Assembly (NCBI GenBank): GCA_006226375.1
Contig: SBHC01000026.1
Span: 30,903 to 94,902 of the forward strand
Reading direction: 5' to 3'
From: Deltaproteobacteria bacterium
GTDB taxonomy: Bacteria > Myxococcota_C > UBA6777
Length of the DNA stretch: 64,000 bases
The position numbers and the translations under genes were made by a program. A model generated the notes under the pieces. The model saw nothing but the letters and a program-made list of their open reading frames with translations. It did not search any database and was not told the DNA's origin. Below, in pieces: positions 30,952 to 39,913 of this stretch; the first letter of the stretch is position 1; every line of letters starts with the position of its first letter.

Positions 30952-31016
30952 TGACGTCAAATGACAAAAAGTAGGTCTCGGAAGACAAGACTCTCCAACT
31001 CACCTTTCCTTATGCT
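30952..31016 (+). promoter_or_regulatory. Candidate AraC-type operator (direct repeats 21 bp apart) and -10 box
   Basis: tgacgtcaaatGACAA (30952-67) and aggtctcggaaGACAA (30973-88), then TATGCT at 31011-16. The second repeat abuts the -35 position. Confidence 0.45.
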
Positions 31017-31102
31017 CAGGAAAGCGATGCACACTTCGATGTACCCGACAATTCTTGCCTGGTGCTTATACCCAACGTTCATCCAAGACAACGGAGAGAA
31101 GA

Positions 31103-34100
31103 ATGAAACGAAGCCTTCTACTGCTTTGTGTGGGGTTGCTATTTGTTGCCCCAACCCTGAGCCATGCCAGCCAGCTTCAAGGCGACTACGTCCTTGATGC
31201 AGCCGCGACACGAAAGCACGCCCAAACGCTCATCAACAAACTTCCCGCCCAACAGCGACCGCTCGCCAGAAAGTACCTTCAAACGACACAAGGAAACCAT
31301 CAACTGTGGTTGCGTTTCCACCCCAACGGCAATCGCCTCTCGTTCATATCCCAGCATCAGGTTCGCGGTCGTCTGATTCGAAGCGGTGTGTTGCAAGGTT
31401 CATGGAGCCAAACCACCACCGGCTACCGTTTGACGTTTTCGACGACCCAGACCCTTTGTACGAAGGCTCGTGGCAATAAGCAGCTCAAGTGTCGGAACCT
31501 CTCCAAACGCGGCCAACAGCCGTTCTTTTTTATCAAACATGTCTCTAGCAATGACCCAACGTTACGAGCGTTTCGCGCCTACACCTCACAAATGAATGCC
31601 AATCGCAACCGGCGAAGCCGAGTTCGTAGGATGAGCGCAGGCAAAACCAGACCCATTCAAATCCGTGGTCTGGCGAACAAGCGAAAAAACATCTTTACCA
31701 AAGGACTGGCGCGAGAGGTCCTGGCGAAGCTTGCCAGAACACCGGGCAAACTACTCAACAGCAGCCGGGAAGCGGAGCAAGCGAAACTGAACCTTTTGCG
31801 GGCCGCTGCCAAACCACGAAGCAAAACGGTCAAAAAAAACACTCAAATGGCAGCTGCCTTTGGCGTTGGACCCTATGAAACTCCAAGCTTCGATGAGCTC
31901 AACAGGCGGATGAAGATCGAGCACTTGTTGAAGATCATCAGCGGTCGAGCAGGAGGAGAGGTTTGCTTTGATCAATGGTTCCTGCATTACAAGCTGCTCG
32001 TTTGTGGGGAGAGGCAGGTCACGGGGAAGGCCAGAGTCTGGGTCAAAAAGGCCGAGGCACACCTCTTTTTCTTTCAGCACCACGTCAAGTTGTACGATGT
32101 CCCTCCCAATGGCAAAGAGATCTTGGGATGGCTCCAACATCGGTTGATGGAATTCAACAACACTCTCCAAGGCGTCGAAAACGAACTCAACAAGGTTCGC
32201 GAAGAGGCGATGAGGTTCTACAAATCCAAAGAAGCGGATGTTCTTCGAGAGATCTCAACCTACATCAACAGCATCCTCGCAACTCCAACCTTTCAGTTCA
32301 TTCTAGCCGAAGCGCTCAACAAAGTAGGTCAGCCGCTCGCAGAGAAATACGCCAGAATCATCGCAGACAAGTTGATCAAGAACCTCTCCAAAACGCTGAG
32401 CAAAGCAGCAGGTCGGGCGGTGGTCGAGGCTGCCAAAAAGACCATCCTAAACTCCGACAAGGTAATCAAAGCCTCCAAAATCGACTCTCTCGTCTCTTTG
32501 ACGGTTGGGGTTGGCATTCAACTGGCCGCCCCCCCCATCAATGTCTTTATCAAATGCGCCCCCTACTCGGGTGATGCAAAGTTCTGTTGCATCCAACGGG
32601 CGGTCGCCGAAGAACTCACCATGCTGGTCTACAACATCGCGACAGCGATCATCGGAGTGGTGGTGGATGCAGCCATCATCACGCCAGTGTGCACTTCGTT
32701 AGGAGCGAGCATCGCAGGGGCAATCACTGGCTCAACGGCTGGCTTTGGTGCAGGAGTGGCAGCGGTGATTGCTCCCGTTGCCACGAAGATTCTCAGCGTC
32801 TCCTTTAACACCTTGATGACGGGTTTGTTTATCGGAGGAAGTTATGCCTGGGATGCAATCGCCAACGCTGCAACGGTAAAAACACACATCAACAAGCTCA
32901 CTGGCATCATCATGGTCGAACTCAACAAGTCTTTTAAGAAGGCAGGAATGGATCTTCGCAAGCTCCCTTGCATTGCTTGCGAACTTGCCGTCAAACCTGG
33001 AGAACAATGCAAAGGCCTCACCAGCATCAAGCCTTCGACACCCACCCAGGTGGCCACCAACGCACCAGGTTATGTGGGCTGTTTCAAAGACGAGGGCAAG
33101 CGTGATCTGCCAGCAACGGTCCATGGCAGCAAGTTTAATCCCGCAACTTGTACCCAGGCTTGCGCCAAACATGGCTACTCCTACGCAGGACTCCAATTCT
33201 ATGGACGCTGTTACTGTGGCAATACGTTTGGCCAACGCGGAGCTGCCCCCGAAGATCAATGCAGCTACAAATGCGAAAGCGACAAAGGACACCTCTGCGG
33301 AGGGAGCTGGAGAAACAGTGTCTATCTAACCGCCCCAGTCCTGGGCTGCTACGCTGACAAGGCCAACCGCGACCTTGGTCGTCAGGTGCTATCCAGAGGC
33401 GCCTTGCCCAACACCTGTGTACAACGTTGCCGCAGCATGGGCTATCGTTACGCTGGCTTGCAACATACAGGAAAGTGCTTTTGCGGAAACAGCTATGGCA
33501 AACATGGCAAGCGCCCCCTCGCCGAGTGCAACCTCCGCTGCACTGCAAAAATCCACCTACGCTGTGGAGGACTATGGAGAAGCCTGATCTTCGATACAAG
33601 ACAAAACCGTCTCCCGACTCCAGGACTTCTAAGAATCGGTGAAGACGCCGCACGACACGGAGACCAAGGAAGCAGTCTGTACGCCCTCCAAAGGAAACAC
33701 ACCGAGTCGTTTTATGTTGGTCCCGATGGCTATCTTCACTATGTCTTCTCACATCGTGGACGATGGATGCTCGACAAGAACACCTTCCGTCGTGGGGGCA
33801 AAGCTACTGGAGCTGTCTCTGCGGTCTTTGCACCTCACCGAAATCATGCTGAAGTGTTTTATGTAGGTCCCGATCGCCACCTACATTACTACTTTATCCA
33901 TCGAGGCCGCTGGATGCTCGACAAAAACACCTTCCGTCGAGGAGGCCCGATCAGCGGCTCAGTCAGTGCAGTGTACGCCCCCCACCGCAAACACTCGGAG
34001 GTCTTTGTGCGTGGACCCAGAGGTTACCTCCAACATTACTACCTTGTCCCCAACAAAGGATGGAGGCTCGAAACCAAGGCCTTTCGTCGCGGAGGTCAAG

Positions 34101-34675
34101 TCGAGGGACCGATCAGCGCGGTCTATGCAACCCATCGCAGACATGCAGAAGTGTTCTATCGTGGCCCCAACAACCTCTTGCACTACTTCTTCCTCCACGG
34201 TGGACGTTGGCATCTCGACAAAACCACGTTCCGAAGATTCCCTGTCCATGGAGACCTCGCAGCACTTTACAACCCACTCCACCGCCATAGCGAAGTGTTC
34301 TACCGAGGCAGGGATGGATACCTCAACCGCTTCTTCTTCCACAGAGGTTGGCACCATGATAACCAAAGTTGGCGAAGCGCAGGCCGAGTGACCGGAGAAA
34401 TCTCCGTTGTCTTCGACCCCAGTCGAAAGAACCCCTCAGGCTTTTTCCGCGGTGAAGACGGTTATCTCCGGTACTTCTTCTATGAAGGACGTGAAAGACG
34501 CTGGAAAGTAGATCGTATGTCCTTCCGCAAAGGAGGAAAGGTCGCAGGTTCAATTTCGGCCTCGTACTCATCCAAGCGCAGACATACAGAGGTCTTTTTT
34601 CGGGGCACAGACGGTAGCTACAGATACTTCCATGTTGGACCCAGAGGCTGGACGATGACAAAGCTTCGTAGGTAA
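31103..34675 (+). CDS. Secreted multidomain protein: helical/hydrophobic core + 2 WSC domains + 7-repeat lectin-like beta-propeller
   Basis: Signal MKRSLLLLCVGLLFVAPTLSHA-S. WSC motifs YVGCFKD...C...C...YAGLQ....CYCGN...C...C......CGG twice (~33068-33595). Seven HxEVFYxGxxxxL repeats (~33670-34672). Confidence 0.88.
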   Translation: MKRSLLLLCVGLLFVAPTLSHASQLQGDYVLDAAATRKHAQTLINKLPAQQRPLARKYLQTTQGNHQLWLRFHPNGNRLSFISQHQVRGRLIRSGVLQGSWSQTTTGYRLTFSTTQTLCTKARGNKQLKCRNLSKRGQQPFFFIKHVSSNDPTLRAFRAYTSQMNANRNRRSRVRRMSAGKTRPIQIRGLANKRKNIFTKGLAREVLAKLARTPGKLLNSSREAEQAKLNLLRAAAKPRSKTVKKNTQMAAAFGVGPYETPSFDELNRRMKIEHLLKIISGRAGGEVCFDQWFLHYKLLVCGERQVTGKARVWVKKAEAHLFFFQHHVKLYDVPPNGKEILGWLQHRLMEFNNTLQGVENELNKVREEAMRFYKSKEADVLREISTYINSILATPTFQFILAEALNKVGQPLAEKYARIIADKLIKNLSKTLSKAAGRAVVEAAKKTILNSDKVIKASKIDSLVSLTVGVGIQLAAPPINVFIKCAPYSGDAKFCCIQRAVAEELTMLVYNIATAIIGVVVDAAIITPVCTSLGASIAGAITGSTAGFGAGVAAVIAPVATKILSVSFNTLMTGLFIGGSYAWDAIANAATVKTHINKLTGIIMVELNKSFKKAGMDLRKLPCIACELAVKPGEQCKGLTSIKPSTPTQVATNAPGYVGCFKDEGKRDLPATVHGSKFNPATCTQACAKHGYSYAGLQFYGRCYCGNTFGQRGAAPEDQCSYKCESDKGHLCGGSWRNSVYLTAPVLGCYADKANRDLGRQVLSRGALPNTCVQRCRSMGYRYAGLQHTGKCFCGNSYGKHGKRPLAECNLRCTAKIHLRCGGLWRSLIFDTRQNRLPTPGLLRIGEDAARHGDQGSSLYALQRKHTESFYVGPDGYLHYVFSHRGRWMLDKNTFRRGGKATGAVSAVFAPHRNHAEVFYVGPDRHLHYYFIHRGRWMLDKNTFRRGGPISGSVSAVYAPHRKHSEVFVRGPRGYLQHYYLVPNKGWRLETKAFRRGGQVEGPISAVYATHRRHAEVFYRGPNNLLHYFFLHGGRWHLDKTTFRRFPVHGDLAALYNPLHRHSEVFYRGRDGYLNRFFFHRGWHHDNQSWRSAGRVTGEISVVFDPSRKNPSGFFRGEDGYLRYFFYEGRERRWKVDRMSFRKGGKVAGSISASYSSKRRHTEVFFRGTDGSYRYFHVGPRGWTMTKLRR

Positions 34676-34883
34676 CGATGAAGCCTCTTCCTCATTCCCT
34701 ACAGCAAGACACACGGGTGAAACCAAGACGCCTGGCTGCGAGTAGCACAACCCTAGAGCGTGATGTCACCGGCCTTCCCCACCACCATTCCTCCTCGTTC
34801 ACTTGTTCGTTCCCACTACGACGCAACCAGAGTAGCTCCTGACTTGAAGCGAACATCACCGAGAAGGCCGATGAACAAACCCA

Positions 34884-37880
34884 TTATGCGTTGGCATCGT
34901 TGAGATAGTCAGTCCCTGTGTACGAAGAATAATTCGATATAGCACCCGGAGCCAGGTCATTTTCGACAAGCCAGTTGGCGAGACCATTGATGGACCGACC
35001 TATGTTAAAGCCATCCATGAAGATTTCATTCGGGTCTCCCAGCTGAAAGACACCTTCGTCGTTGGGGTCCACGCCGTGAGCGTGGGTAACAATCTTCTTC
35101 ACATCACCAGAGGACAAGGAGCCAAGGTAGTCATAAAACTCTGGACCCGACATCCCAAACCTTGAGGCCAACTGGGCCAGGACAGGTCCAGCGCTTCGGC
35201 CTTTGTTGTCGTGATTGGAGAGTTGCTTGGCGATGTCTGGATCGATACCGGCATCGATCAAGAATTGTTCTGTGGGGCCTTCGTACTTGTTGGACTCCGA
35301 AACATTCTTGTAGTGGTTGAGTCCCAGACCAGTCACAAGCAAGCCAGCCGCAACAAGCTGTCCACCAGGAATGCTCCCAACAACTCCTGCCGCCGACAAA
35401 GCGCTCCAGGCTCCTACGGCAGCGCCAGCTGCGGACACACCATGGATGGAAGCGTTCAGGTAATTGCCATCTTTGAGGTCACTGATGGCTTGTGCCCCTT
35501 CAAAGATCCCCGTCACACCGTTCACAAAGACCCCAACCGCTGGCAGCTTGCCCACATGTTTGAGGTTCGCGAGTCCTCCCACATCATCAATCTTGGTGCC
35601 CAACCAAGCAGCCTTCGATGCGGCGCTCAGGCGACCGGCATGATCTGCAATTTTCAGCGCAGCAGAAGCACCGTCGGCCCCTAGGTCAAGAACGTCAACC
35701 AGCAATTGGGAGCGCTCCAGGGCGTCACCTGTTCTCCAATCCTCGCCAAGATTGTCCAACGTCTGACCCGTTTTGAACAAGACATTGGCGCTGTCAAAAG
35801 CAAGAGAGTGGACCTTGAATCGGTTTTTCAGAGCGTCACGAAATGCCGGTGAGATGTTGGCAAAGGTCTTACCGTCGTTCAACACATCCAGCAGACGTTC
35901 GGCAAATTGTTCGACTTTGCCCGGCTCGCCACTTCGGAACAAATCATCAAAGGTGTCCCGAAGTTCAGCAGTCTCGGGACTTTCGGGGTCAAGAACCTTC
36001 AGATTTTCAAGCTGATTAAGCAAACCATCATGAGCAGAAGTCGTCTGTTGCCCTGTCCCCTGGGTGCCGCCGGCGAGAAGGGTCGAGCTTGCGCTCTCCG
36101 TCAAAGCTACGGACAATTCGCCACGAAAAGCATCAGGGTCTTTGGTACGTTCGGCAACATCGTTGATGTGGTCAAGAGCGGTAGATTGTCCCTGGCCGCT
36201 TCGCTCCAGCATTGCACCAATGACCGCGCTTCCAGACGAAGAGTTCGCCAGATTGGGAATCTCTTGAGCGACGGCCGCTCCAACAATTTGCAGTCGGTCA
36301 GCATCAGAACCATAGAAGTTGTACTCACCATGTTCTGCAATCGCGCTGTCTTGGTCAAACACAGGACCCAGTCCTGGAACGGTAGAGGCCAACAACGCAG
36401 CCTTCTTTTCCAGGTCATCAAAGTCTTTCTGGTTCCGCCCTCTCTCCGCATCGATGGCTTGTTGAAGTTTGTCTTCTGGGAGTAACTCTCCCTGTGTACC
36501 GACCAGATGAGCGAGCTGTTCGTTGTGTTTGTCTACCTTTTCTTGTGCGGCCTGAAAGTCTTCCGTAAGTTCACCCACGCTGTGGGTAACAGCCTTGGAA
36601 ACGTCGTGGGCTCCGTCTGTTTTGCCAACGTTGTACAATTCGTTGGCGAGCTGTACGGCAAACGTGGTGCCTTTGCCTTCAAGAATCGAGGCTTCAATCC
36701 CATCGTCCAGCTTTTTCAGGTTTCCATCGGGCCAGTTCGCTGCGATTCCCTTGGCCAAGATAGCAGTGTTGTCGGGTCCCAGCGCTTCACCGACTTCAGA
36801 GAGTGTGCCGATGACGCGTTTGGCTTCATCAGTGTCTTTGGCTTCATTGAGAGATGCACCAAGCTTCTCGATGGAAGATTCGGACTGTTCCAGAACTTTT
36901 TGTTGGTAAACGGGGTCAAGTCCCTCTTGCCCAATAGTGTCTTGGAGGGCTTGAGCCCCTTGCTCTGGACCTTTAGCGACAGCCGAGCGAATCCGCTGCG
37001 CGTCGAGTCGTACCATCTCACCTTGTGAAATGTGGGAGGGAGATCCCAAGAGGGTAGCTTGCGTGTCTCGTGGCAATCGAGCAATTTGTTCGGAGACTTC
37101 GCGCGGAGACCCACTTGCATCGAGAGTCGTTGCCGCAGGATATGGAAGGGGTTTGTCATCATCGATGGCTTCCTGGTTGGCTTCTTGCTGAGAGACCACA
37201 AGGTTTTGTGCCCTCTCCTCCACAACCTGTTCGGCTTCCCTAATTTGCTGTTGGTATACAGAAGAATCACCAGGAGCATGTTGAAGTACAGCTTCTGCAT
37301 GTCTTAAGTCAGTCTGCGCCTCTTCCAATGCAGCATGATGTTCTTCGACAGTCGCAGGCTCCTTGTTCTCCGAAACGCTCACATCCTCACCCGGTGTTGT
37401 CTGTACACCAGACCGTGGGCGAGCAGAGTTTGTCACCGATTGCGCGGAGCGGTTCAAGATTTCCGGCGTCACTCCAACATCGCCCAAAGGTCGAAAGGAA
37501 GACAAAGTTGAGAGCCCTGGTTTCTGCGTCGGTGAATCGAAAGATGGGGGAGTCGCAGTTCCTTTGCCCGTTGTTGCTGCGGAAACCGTCTTTGGAGGAG
37601 TGCTTACAACGGCCTGATGGAGCTTTCGGGACAACATCAAAGATTGGGTCGAACGATGGGACGGCAGCTCTTGTTTTTCAGCCCGCTGAGCTAGCAGATC
37701 TTTCTTCGCCTGGATGGCTTTTTGGCTAGCGATGGAATGGGCATCTTCCTTTGCAGTAAGCCCCGGCGACTTCTGCAAGGAACTCTTTTTCTTGGACTTC
37801 TTCGACGATGTGTCTTGAGCCGAAGAAAGAGAACTCGGACTTTGAATTCTGCGGGTACTTCCGAGCTTTGAAACACTCAT
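34884..37880 (-). CDS. Large (~998 aa) helical protein with disordered Ser/Lys-rich N-terminus and C-terminal Gly/Ala-rich hydrophobic segments; effector-like
   Basis: Long ORF from ATG 37880 with GAGG upstream. No Sec signal. Hydrophobic stretch VGVFVNGVTG...AAGLLVTGLGL. Function not recognised. Confidence 0.75.
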   Translation of the reverse strand: MSVSKLGSTRRIQSPSSLSSAQDTSSKKSKKKSSLQKSPGLTAKEDAHSIASQKAIQAKKDLLAQRAEKQELPSHRSTQSLMLSRKLHQAVVSTPPKTVSAATTGKGTATPPSFDSPTQKPGLSTLSSFRPLGDVGVTPEILNRSAQSVTNSARPRSGVQTTPGEDVSVSENKEPATVEEHHAALEEAQTDLRHAEAVLQHAPGDSSVYQQQIREAEQVVEERAQNLVVSQQEANQEAIDDDKPLPYPAATTLDASGSPREVSEQIARLPRDTQATLLGSPSHISQGEMVRLDAQRIRSAVAKGPEQGAQALQDTIGQEGLDPVYQQKVLEQSESSIEKLGASLNEAKDTDEAKRVIGTLSEVGEALGPDNTAILAKGIAANWPDGNLKKLDDGIEASILEGKGTTFAVQLANELYNVGKTDGAHDVSKAVTHSVGELTEDFQAAQEKVDKHNEQLAHLVGTQGELLPEDKLQQAIDAERGRNQKDFDDLEKKAALLASTVPGLGPVFDQDSAIAEHGEYNFYGSDADRLQIVGAAVAQEIPNLANSSSGSAVIGAMLERSGQGQSTALDHINDVAERTKDPDAFRGELSVALTESASSTLLAGGTQGTGQQTTSAHDGLLNQLENLKVLDPESPETAELRDTFDDLFRSGEPGKVEQFAERLLDVLNDGKTFANISPAFRDALKNRFKVHSLAFDSANVLFKTGQTLDNLGEDWRTGDALERSQLLVDVLDLGADGASAALKIADHAGRLSAASKAAWLGTKIDDVGGLANLKHVGKLPAVGVFVNGVTGIFEGAQAISDLKDGNYLNASIHGVSAAGAAVGAWSALSAAGVVGSIPGGQLVAAGLLVTGLGLNHYKNVSESNKYEGPTEQFLIDAGIDPDIAKQLSNHDNKGRSAGPVLAQLASRFGMSGPEFYDYLGSLSSGDVKKIVTHAHGVDPNDEGVFQLGDPNEIFMDGFNIGRSINGLANWLVENDLAPGAISNYSSYTGTDYLNDANA

Positions 37881-38109
37881 ATTGGCCTCTAGCATCCATC
37901 GCCACAATGACAACATCGAAGAACTGTTTTCTTCCGAGAAAAAGGTATGTTAACAGCCAATCCCCACAGGGTCAAGGGCGGTATAGTGTTATAGGGTGAG
38001 GTTGATAGCAGTTGGTTTGTTAGGAGTCCGTAGGTTGCACAGATTGAGCAGGAGGGAGTCCGTCTAGCCTCTTCATTTTCAGCTAGAAACCTCCATCATT
38101 TTAACTTGT

Positions 38110-39834
38110 TCATTGGGTATTCCGGGATGGAGGCAACTTCGGTTTTTCCTTTCGGCCAAAGACAAAAACAGGCTTCCAGGCAACCAGAGGTTTGTAACAC
38201 CTGGCCAGCTGGAACCGAACCGAACGCTGAACTGGGAACCCCCAAACGACAATGTTATCTACTAACTTGCTTAGACCACAAAGTTGAAGAGTTTGAGGCC
38301 TCCCAATCAAAGATGGAATCCAAAATTTTTGGGAAGGAGGAACGCCCATTTTGGAGCGAATGTTCTGGAGAAATGCCTTGCGAAACGAGACAGGAAAGTA
38401 ATCCAACTCAGCTTCGTAGTTTGCGAGATTGATGGCCCCTTTGTCCATACAGGCATAACTGATAGCATGAAGATGAGTGTGAACGCGATAGCTTCGATCC
38501 ACTTGAACTTTTCCAGTGGGAAGTCCTTTGGCCTTAACACCCGAGCGGTAATGAAGCGGAAGATAGACACCTTTGGGTTTTACATTGCGGGTGACCCGAA
38601 CATAGTGTTCCAGGTCCTGACTTAGTTTGGAACAAAGGTAGGTAAAATGAGCAAAGTTCCCCACCAAAACAACAACGAGAACACCTCGAAACACCTGCCC
38701 CATCCAATTGGCGGGCAAACGCAAACAAGCCAGAAGACACAACCAACCCAAAAGTGAAAATCGGCTGTTCAACCACAACGCAGAACCCAAAGAACGCGGA
38801 GCCACCAAATAGCCCAAGAAAAGTCCCAATGCGAGAAGAACAATAGGCCACCGAAGTGATATGGCTCCTTCTTCAGGAGAAGCTTCCTTGGATTCTGTAC
38901 ACCCCTTCGACCGTCGCGACAATACAAGGGTAAGGATGCAGCCCACAATGATTAAAGCACCGACACCGTACGAAAAAAAGGTTTGGTAGGGGTGAAGAGA
39001 AACAAGGGGATAGAACAGGATCAATCTGACACGTTCAAGGAGCGCACCCCAAGTAAACCAACCCGCCGAAGTCGAAGAAGATAGCTCTGAATGTGGCAAG
39101 TAAAAGCCAAGCCAGCCAACAGCAGGAAGAAGCCACAACCACGTTCGCAGAAGCAGCTTTCGCTCTCGAAAGAAGCAGAGAACGGACAAACCTGCAAGAG
39201 CGCCCAACAACAAAACAAACGGCAAGAGATGGGTGAAGTAAAGACAACCCAAACCTAGATGTAGCCACAGATAATGAGTCCACCTCATCAGGTTTCGATG
39301 CTTCCACCAAAATCCAAGCAGACCAAAAAACATGGCCACGCCAAAAGAGAAATTCCAAAACCCCATCTGAAAATAGAAATGGTACACAAAGAAGAAGCTC
39401 AAAAGAACTGAGTCATACGGGAAACGGTCAGGCTGAACGGCTCGAAAGAAGTACGCCATGCATCCCAAAAAGAAGAGAACATAGAAGCTGAGAAAGATCT
39501 TCTCAGCAGCGAAAGGAGACACCACTTTCATCAACAAAGCCAAGACAGCTTGCGAAAACCAGTTTGGTAGAGCCTGCCATTGGATTTGAAAGTACTGGGA
39601 GTACACAAAATTGGGGTTCCAATACTCCGCTAGAATGTGAGCATTGTATAGATGGCTGGGTCCGTCTTGTGTTGGGAAATAGGGGAACAACCAAATGGGC
39701 AAAAGGGCGAGTATCACAAGAACAACAGCCGCCCAACCCCAAGCCTTAACTCTATGTTGTGACAATGGAACTCTCTCTCTACCACAGGAACGTATCTTCC
39801 ACTTAATTTTCAAGGCGTAACGGTAGCATTCCAC
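38110..39834 (-). CDS. Polytopic membrane protein, putative GT-C glycosyltransferase
   Basis: TQDGPSHLYNA acidic first loop, MGFWNF, YFTHL and about 10 TM segments, followed by a soluble C-terminal domain. Start uncertain. Confidence 0.65.
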   Translation of the reverse strand: MECYRYALKIKWKIRSCGRERVPLSQHRVKAWGWAAVVLVILALLPIWLFPYFPTQDGPSHLYNAHILAEYWNPNFVYSQYFQIQWQALPNWFSQAVLALLMKVVSPFAAEKIFLSFYVLFFLGCMAYFFRAVQPDRFPYDSVLLSFFFVYHFYFQMGFWNFSFGVAMFFGLLGFWWKHRNLMRWTHYLWLHLGLGCLYFTHLLPFVLLLGALAGLSVLCFFRERKLLLRTWLWLLPAVGWLGFYLPHSELSSSTSAGWFTWGALLERVRLILFYPLVSLHPYQTFFSYGVGALIIVGCILTLVLSRRSKGCTESKEASPEEGAISLRWPIVLLALGLFLGYLVAPRSLGSALWLNSRFSLLGWLCLLACLRLPANWMGQVFRGVLVVVLVGNFAHFTYLCSKLSQDLEHYVRVTRNVKPKGVYLPLHYRSGVKAKGLPTGKVQVDRSYRVHTHLHAISYACMDKGAINLANYEAELDYFPVSFRKAFLQNIRSKMGVPPSQKFWIPSLIGRPQTLQLCGLSKLVDNIVVWGFPVQRSVRFQLARCYKPLVAWKPVFVFGRKEKPKLPPSRNTQ

Positions 39835-39913
39835 CCCAACGCCGTCAAGATTGAGAGAAGTCCCCCAACAAGGCCGTCCTATCGCCAGATTGGCAGTTCA
39901 AAGGGAGCGAGAG

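Noticed and set aside
33670-34672. DNA repeats in the propeller region as possible DGR template/variable repeats
   Set aside because: They are in-frame blade duplications. There is no reverse transcriptase in the window and no evident adenine-specific mismatch pattern.
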